Assembly: GCA_964487115.1 (NCBI GenBank)
Contig: CAZAPD010000051.1
Span: 1 to 17,355, forward strand
Length of the DNA: 17,355 nucleotides
Direction: 5' to 3'
DNA from: an uncultured Thermococci archaeon
Lineage (GTDB): Archaea; Methanobacteriota_B; Thermococci; Thermococcales; Thermococcaceae
Part shown: piece by piece, positions 16,648 to 17,355 of the stretch
Layout: every line of letters starts with the position of its first letter
Position numbering within the stretch: the first letter of the stretch is position 1
The notes under the pieces: generated by a model
Databases searched by the model: none
What the model was told of the DNA's origin: nothing
Seen by the model: only the letters and a program-made list of their open reading frames with translations
Translations under genes and position numbers: made by a program

Positions 16648-17355
16648 ATGTTCTACAACAGGAAGGTTGAGCTTGAGAAGCTTGAAAAAGTTTATGCTCA
16701 CCCGGGTTCAACTTTCGTCGTCATTTATGGGCGTAGGAGGGTGGGAAAAACAGCGCTCGTTAGGGAGTTCCTTAAGAATAAGCTCGGTCTTTACTTTTTT
16801 GTTGGAGAGAAGGACGAAGCAATGCTGATTGAAGAATACTTGAAGGAAGTAGAGAGCGTTCTTGGTGAACATCTTCCGAGCTACGTTAAACCAAGATTTT
16901 CATCCCTTGAAGACCTCTTTGAATTTTTGCTTGACTTTTCCAAGGAGCGAAAGCTTATTGTTGTCTTTGATGAGTTCCAGAACTTCCGCTCAGTCAAGCC
17001 ATCTTTTTTCTCCTCCCTCCAGAAGCTGTGGGACATGAAAGGGGATTCCAATCTTATCCTCATTGCTGTGGGGTCATATGTTGGCATGATGAAGCGCATT
17101 TTTATGGACAATAAGGAGCCTCTCTTTGGCAGGGTCGATGAGTGGATAAAGCTGAGACCATTTGACTTCTGGACTGCTTACGGCTTTGTGAATACCTTTG
17201 CTGATATTCCCCATGACCATTTTGTTGAGCTTTACTCCGCTCTTGGCGGCATGCCCCGGTATCTCCTTTACTCAAAGAGATACTACACAGGAAACGTGGC
17301 TGAAACCCTCAACAGCCTCTTTTTTGATGAGTTTGCCCCCCTTCGCGAAGAAGGC
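16648..17355 (+). CDS. Archaeal AAA-type ATPase (ATPase_2/DUF234-associated type), runs off the right edge
   Basis: Not in the ORF track. MFYNRKVELEKL...IYGRRRVGKTAL, Walker B IVVFDEFQ, PLFGR, LGGMPRYL; RBS GGTGA. Confidence 0.88.
   Translation, partial: MFYNRKVELEKLEKVYAHPGSTFVVIYGRRRVGKTALVREFLKNKLGLYFFVGEKDEAMLIEEYLKEVESVLGEHLPSYVKPRFSSLEDLFEFLLDFSKERKLIVVFDEFQNFRSVKPSFFSSLQKLWDMKGDSNLILIAVGSYVGMMKRIFMDNKEPLFGRVDEWIKLRPFDFWTAYGFVNTFADIPHDHFVELYSALGGMPRYLLYSKRYYTGNVAETLNSLFFDEFAPLREEG

Noticed and set aside
16624..16649. TGAGTAATAT direct repeat between udg and the ATPase gene
   Set aside because: Only 10 bp, coinciding with a stop codon and the RBS/start; too weak to interpret.
1..17355. 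CRISPR array, tRNA/rRNA, IS or integrase, and the remaining short overlapping ORFs in the track
   Set aside because: No spaced repeat array, RNA gene or recombinase motif seen by eye; the remaining ORFs are shadows of well-supported genes.

Overview
Thermococcales-type archaeal DNA (GGTGA/GGAGG ribosome-binding sites, TTTATA boxes, ASGC lipobox). The backbone is a cobamide (B12) salvage region: cobT, a two-domain BtuF-like binding protein, cobQ, cobY, cobS, cobZ and a DUF71/Dph6-like ATP pyrophosphatase. Interspersed are a divergent Bax1(DUF790)/XPB pair, an unknown membrane protein, a uracil-DNA glycosylase and a partial archaeal ATPase. Three things stand out. (1) An AT-rich cassette between cobS and cobZ looks like an archaeal RiPP system: a 51-codon peptide missed by the ORF track (10312-10467, ending CAGRQCNSRAWQIYGF), an RRE-radical SAM-SPASM enzyme and an ABC-2 exporter. 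(2) A 15-bp pseudo-palindrome (consensus TGGAT-N5-ATCCA) recurs at four promoters of B12 transcription units and is a candidate cobalamin-regulon operator. (3) A PIN toxin-antitoxin pair is bracketed by a perfect 50-bp direct repeat that duplicates a gene junction. All family calls come from motif recognition by eye; no searches were run.
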